Part shown: positions 60,297 to 64,000 of the stretch, one piece after another
Layout: every line of letters begins with the position of its first letter
Numbering within the stretch: the stretch's first letter is position 1
Assembly (NCBI GenBank): GCA_040285825.1
Contig: JAUPSS010000003.1
Location: 62,001 to 126,000 of the forward strand
Length of the DNA: 64,000 nt
Direction: 5' to 3'
From: Eukaryota sp. TZLM1-RC
Lineage: Eukaryota > Protista > Metamonada: BaSk clade
Translations under genes and position numbers: made by a program
Notes under the pieces: model-generated
Database searches by the model: none
What the model was told of the DNA's origin: nothing
What the model saw: only the letters and a program-made list of their open reading frames with translations

Positions 60297-60719
60297 ATGA
60301 AAGACGCTCTCAGCATCATCAACAGATCAGTCCACGATACTTCTTTGTCTAAAGAACGTTTCTTTGTTGGTTTTGAGGATAGACTTGGCGGTGTATTCTT
60401 CCTCCCTCTTCACGATTTTCTTGCCTTATCTGTACCATCTCACAGAATTCGCTACATATCTAAAGGAAACTCATTTTTCTGGTCTCGCACAAAACGAATC
60501 AACCTTATTGGCTCTGTTGCACCTTCTGTTTCTTTATTCTCATCTCCAACACCTGGTGTTCTCTCTCGATATTTTCCTTCTCATGCTACTGGTAGAAAGA
60601 ATTTCCAGTTACCCTTCTTCTCTAACATTGTTTCTTGTAGTGTAGGTGTTCATCATACATTGGCACTCACTGCTTGTGGTAATTGCTATGGATTTGGTCT
60701 GAACAAATCTACCAATTAG
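60297..60719 (+). CDS. MJ1316/DUF504-like RNA cyclic-end recognition domain plus one RCC1-like repeat (probably truncated)
   Basis: 'IINR..HD', 'VGFEDRLGG', 'VPSHRIRYI', 'WSRTKRINL'; then 'SVGVHHTLALTACGNCYGFGLN'. Confidence 0.6.
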   Translation: MKDALSIINRSVHDTSLSKERFFVGFEDRLGGVFFLPLHDFLALSVPSHRIRYISKGNSFFWSRTKRINLIGSVAPSVSLFSSPTPGVLSRYFPSHATGRKNFQLPFFSNIVSCSVGVHHTLALTACGNCYGFGLNKSTN

Positions 60720-61192
60720 GCAACAACTACCCCCAAAGCAGCACTTTCAAACCGTTTTCCTAAGATTTTTTAGAAATTCAATCAATTTATCTATCCTAAA
60801 TGAACCCTGGAGAAAACCAAAAGTCGAAATGCTATACGACACGTGTGGATAAGGTTTGTCAAGTGGCATAAAGGTAGTTAGTGTTCATCATCTACTGAGA
60901 TTTCATGTTATTATTGATTAGCTACTTGCTTCAATTGTGATGTATCCGGGACAATTCCACAGAAATGATACTATCAATTTCTGTATGTATGTTATCATGA
61001 AGCTTCAGTTGTTTTGATGAACACACAACCATCCTTTTATGAACAGCAATTATAAATCCTCTATTAATGAGAAAAACATTAAAACAGCCAAAAAAAGATT
61101 CACATATTTACACTGTTGTGACAGCATGTCAATGCTGAAACATTAAAATCAAACAATTAAGCCATATTTATTTCTATGCAATACAAATCCAA

Positions 61193-61490
61193 CTATCCTT
61201 GTTGTTGAGCTTTCATTGACAAGCTTCTTCCTAAAGTTAACAGAATGATCATAAGGTAACAAACCAGCAGCTATAATTTCATCACACAACAATAATTGAG
61301 AAGAAATAACAGCAGACGAACGAATCATATTTCTTAAAACACAATAGTTGTCCCAAATTCCAAGTTCCTTTGGATCACAGGCTTCTCCAAAAAAGACATC
61401 TAAACCAACAATGCCACCCTCTTCGGCTTCTTCTTGCAAGTTGATAATAGTCTCTTCAGCATCAAGACCAGAGTTTTGAGCAAGTGTTTA
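61193..61490 (-). pseudogene. CCT6: 3' fragment of chaperonin CCT-zeta with a 34-nt intron (61231-61264)
   Basis: 'TLAQNSGLDAEETI..LQEE', 'VGLD', 'GIWDNYCV', 'QLLLCDEIIAAG|RSL'; no upstream coding part. Confidence 0.8.
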
Positions 61491-61500
61491 TCTCAATAGG

Positions 61501-61587
61501 TCAGAAACACAAAAAAAGGATTAGGGAGGGATTAGGGAGGGAAGGGAAAAAAAAGGGATTTGTATTCAACCTAAAATTCAACCACAG
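61501..61587 (-). repeat. Second left-end fragment of putative Fanzor family-2 element
   Basis: Matches 41113-41212, ends ...AAAATTCAACCACAG|TAAT on the plus strand. Confidence 0.55.
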
Positions 61588-61695
61588 TAATATTCTTTCC
61601 AATCCCTGACGATAGATTATAAAGATTTAAACCACATCTGAACTTTACCACGATATGATATTGAACAAAGTTTATTTCAAAGTTGAGTTGGGACC

Positions 61696-62270
61696 CTAAT
61701 GCTTTTTTCTACAGCTGTGTACAATAGAACAAGCTTTTTGTTTTTCTTCTGGTGAAACCTTCTTAGAGGCACAGACTCTTTGATAGTGGGTTTCACCTTT
61801 AAATCTAGGAAGGTTTGGATCAGAAGGCCCTTGTTTGTGTAAGTTCTCTTTCAAGGTTGCCTCTCTTCCTGACCGACTCATAGTAGATACATTTTGGGAT
61901 TCTAAATATTGCGAAAACTGCTCATACTCTTGTCTAAACTCGGGAATCTCTGTTGGCTGGATGGGTTCTCCTGGGGCAGGTGAGCAGGGCTTTGTTTCTC
62001 TCAACATTTCTTCTACTGATTGATGAGGTTCGCTCTCAAAATTCCTACAATGAGCTTTGTTTTTGAAAATACTTGTGCCTGCCTTCATGTCCTCGTACAC
62101 GGTAACCCATTTCCCCACGATGTCCTGGGCCTTTACCGTCTTCTTCAACTGTTGTTAGAAAACTTCTAATCATACCTGGTTTTGCCGTGTGAGGTTTGTG
62201 CTTTGGAAGGTTCTCTGACATTTGTTAGATCCATACACTGTTTTGCTGTTAAACCGACTTCGCAGGTATC
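61696..62270 (-). CDS. Hypothetical intron-containing protein (27-nt intron 62149-62175; 5' end unresolved)
   Basis: 150-aa exon preceded by GTATGA...CTAACAACAG and an upstream open exon. Confidence 0.5.
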
Positions 62271-62764
62271 TGTAATGAATATAGAGACTAACTAAATCCA
62301 AAACCTAGATACAAAATAAAATTGACTAGATATAAAATTATTTTAGTGACCACATTTTTATTATTAGTCATATGCAAATACATACACAGTTAGAAGGATC
62401 ACATAGGGAGGCCACCATTCCTGGAGATCTGCCAGAAACTATTCTAGTCTGGAATAAAAGAAACTTATTGTACTAAAAGACCAGTTAAGATCACAAGCAC
62501 GAACTAATCAAAACCTGACATGTGATAAAGAACATGGGGGCTATGTAAATCCACCAAAATTCACTCGAAATCTGTGACAAATGTTTTACACAAGTCCCAT
62601 ACTCATAATGTGATGTCAAATTTTGCAAATATCAAGTTTGTGGTTGATTAATATTATCAAAACCTGAGATAAAATTGACTAAGAATGTTTACAAGAGATC
62701 AAGAAAGACATTGAAAACAGTTTCAATATGTACTATACAAAACAATGGAAGAGAAAGGGGCGAC

Positions 62765-62969
62765 TTATTTCTTAGAAGGGACATTAGATGACGCCTGCTT
62801 CTTTGCTTCAGTACGTGCCTGTTTCTCTCTCATAATTTGGGCCTGTTTTCCTTCCAATTGGAAAGACTAGCCCCACATCGTTCCACCTTGGTTTTGCCAC
62901 CTTTGGGTGCTTTTTCAGCCTTTTTTGAGACCTCTGGCGGTCACGTTCCCGAGTGTTTCCGCGACTCAT
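62765..62969 (-). pseudogene. SERF: SERF / small EDRK-rich factor, frameshifted
   Basis: 'MSRGNTRERDRQRSQK' and, after shifts in A-runs, 'AQIMREKQARTEAKK'. Confidence 0.75.
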
Positions 62970-63049
62970 GTGAATAGAAGTTGTTGAAACCAATGATGGT
63001 GGGGCCTGTTTTGTTATCACAAAATTGAATTGGGATTTAAATGTTCAAT

Positions 63050-64000
63050 TTGGTTGAATAATAATCCCCCTGACCTTATTCCCCCTAGAAATCCCTTTGG
63101 CCTAATTCTTTCAAGATTTGTTAGTCTATTCATGATTCTTTTGGTCATCTCATCCTCCTAATCAATCTATGCTGCTCTCCTTCCATTAACTATTGATAGT
63201 ATCTACTTTTGCTGACATTTTTCAATTTGTACCACTTTGTGTCACAATTATTTATATCTCGCTAGCTAAAACACTTCTTTTACGAAGATGACGAAACGGA
63301 AATGGTGTTCTAGGCCATCGACCCCAACCACTCAAACCTATGTGGTTCCATTGGAACACGTTCAGGGCCGACCGTATCCAATATCTTCTTGGCACCAAAG
63401 CAACGAAATAAAGCAACGAAAAATAATTCACTCCACTTCACTGACCCACTCATCAATAGATGTTTTTGACGTGCAGAAATTGAACCATTATCTGCTTGAA
63501 ATATCAACTATCGGTGACTACAAGGACTATGAAGGTAATAACGCAAGACAATCATTGCTAAAGCAGCAATTATATCTGAGTGCTGGAAAAGCATTGAGAA
63601 GAAACACATTTGACTTCTTTATCAGAAAACAGAGAAGATTCAGCTCAATAATCAACAAGGTGAAAAAATTTGCAGACGGTCGAGAAGTAAAGGTGTGGTT
63701 TGGCAATGGAGGTGGTGGTCCATCACGTCAAAAAGTGAAAACACCACGCAAGGCATTTCTCAAGTTGTTACAACGTTCATTTGCTAATGTGAAGATCGGA
63801 GATGAATACATGACATCTGCAAAGGTGAACTGCTGCAAGATGCTACACCAAAAGATCTATTGGGAAGTTGATGGTGAAGTTAAAGTTCACAACGCCTATT
63901 TCAGTTGTCCGGAACGTAATCAAGTTTGGTCTAGAGACATTTCTGCATCACTAAATCATCTAGAAATTGCAATTAGTGAGCACTACTATGGAACAAGACC
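63050..64000 (+). pseudogene. Internally deleted Fanzor1 family-2 element; RuvC half runs off the window
   Basis: 'F*AIDPNHSNLCG' (D at 63320); open frame from about 63420 to the end with 'VWFGNGG', 'GDEYMTSAK', 'CC', 'WSRDISASLN', 'GTR'; missed by the ORF track because no stop falls in the window. Confidence 0.85.

Noticed and set aside
1-64000. tRNA/rRNA genes or prokaryotic origin
   Set aside because: No recognisable tRNA or rRNA seen by eye; introns and eukaryote-specific genes (HID1, AATF, STI1, CCT6) flank the Fanzor loci, arguing against bacterial TnpB contamination.

Overview
AT-rich eukaryotic (protist-like) DNA with very short spliceosomal introns (27-36 nt). Roughly three quarters of it is transposable-element debris. 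Intact host genes are a 699-aa hypothetical protein, a secreted permuted NlpC/P60 amidase, HID1, a 2-RRM protein, AATF/Bfr2 and STI1/HOP; fragments of MJ1316-RCC1, CCT6 and SERF are also present. TEs include CRE/SLACS-like and HERO-like non-LTR elements, three chromodomain Ty3/gypsy elements (one full-length with identical 154-bp LTRs and a TATG TSD), a short-LTR family, a MULE with a 9-bp TSD and a DD34E IS630/Tc1 transposase. The main finding is a cluster of four Fanzor1-like (eukaryotic TnpB/OMEGA) loci from two related families, plus two isolated left-end fragments. Family 1 (37512-39983 and 50462-60244, minus strand) reconstructs to about 650 aa with RuvC D/E/D intact in the 50-60 kb copy. 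It is followed by a ~250-nt hairpin-rich non-coding tail that is better conserved than the ORF (putative omegaRNA) and ends at CACAG|TA. The 50-60 kb copy is split by the young LTR retrotransposon, whose 3' LTR supplies a new in-frame ATG. Family 2 (34870-36607 and 63050-64000, plus strand) has a related 3' terminus and a probable CTGTGGTT short TIR with an ATTA flank. All calls come from manual motif reading and hand alignment; no database searches were run. Many TE frameshifts lie in homopolymers and may be assembly errors.
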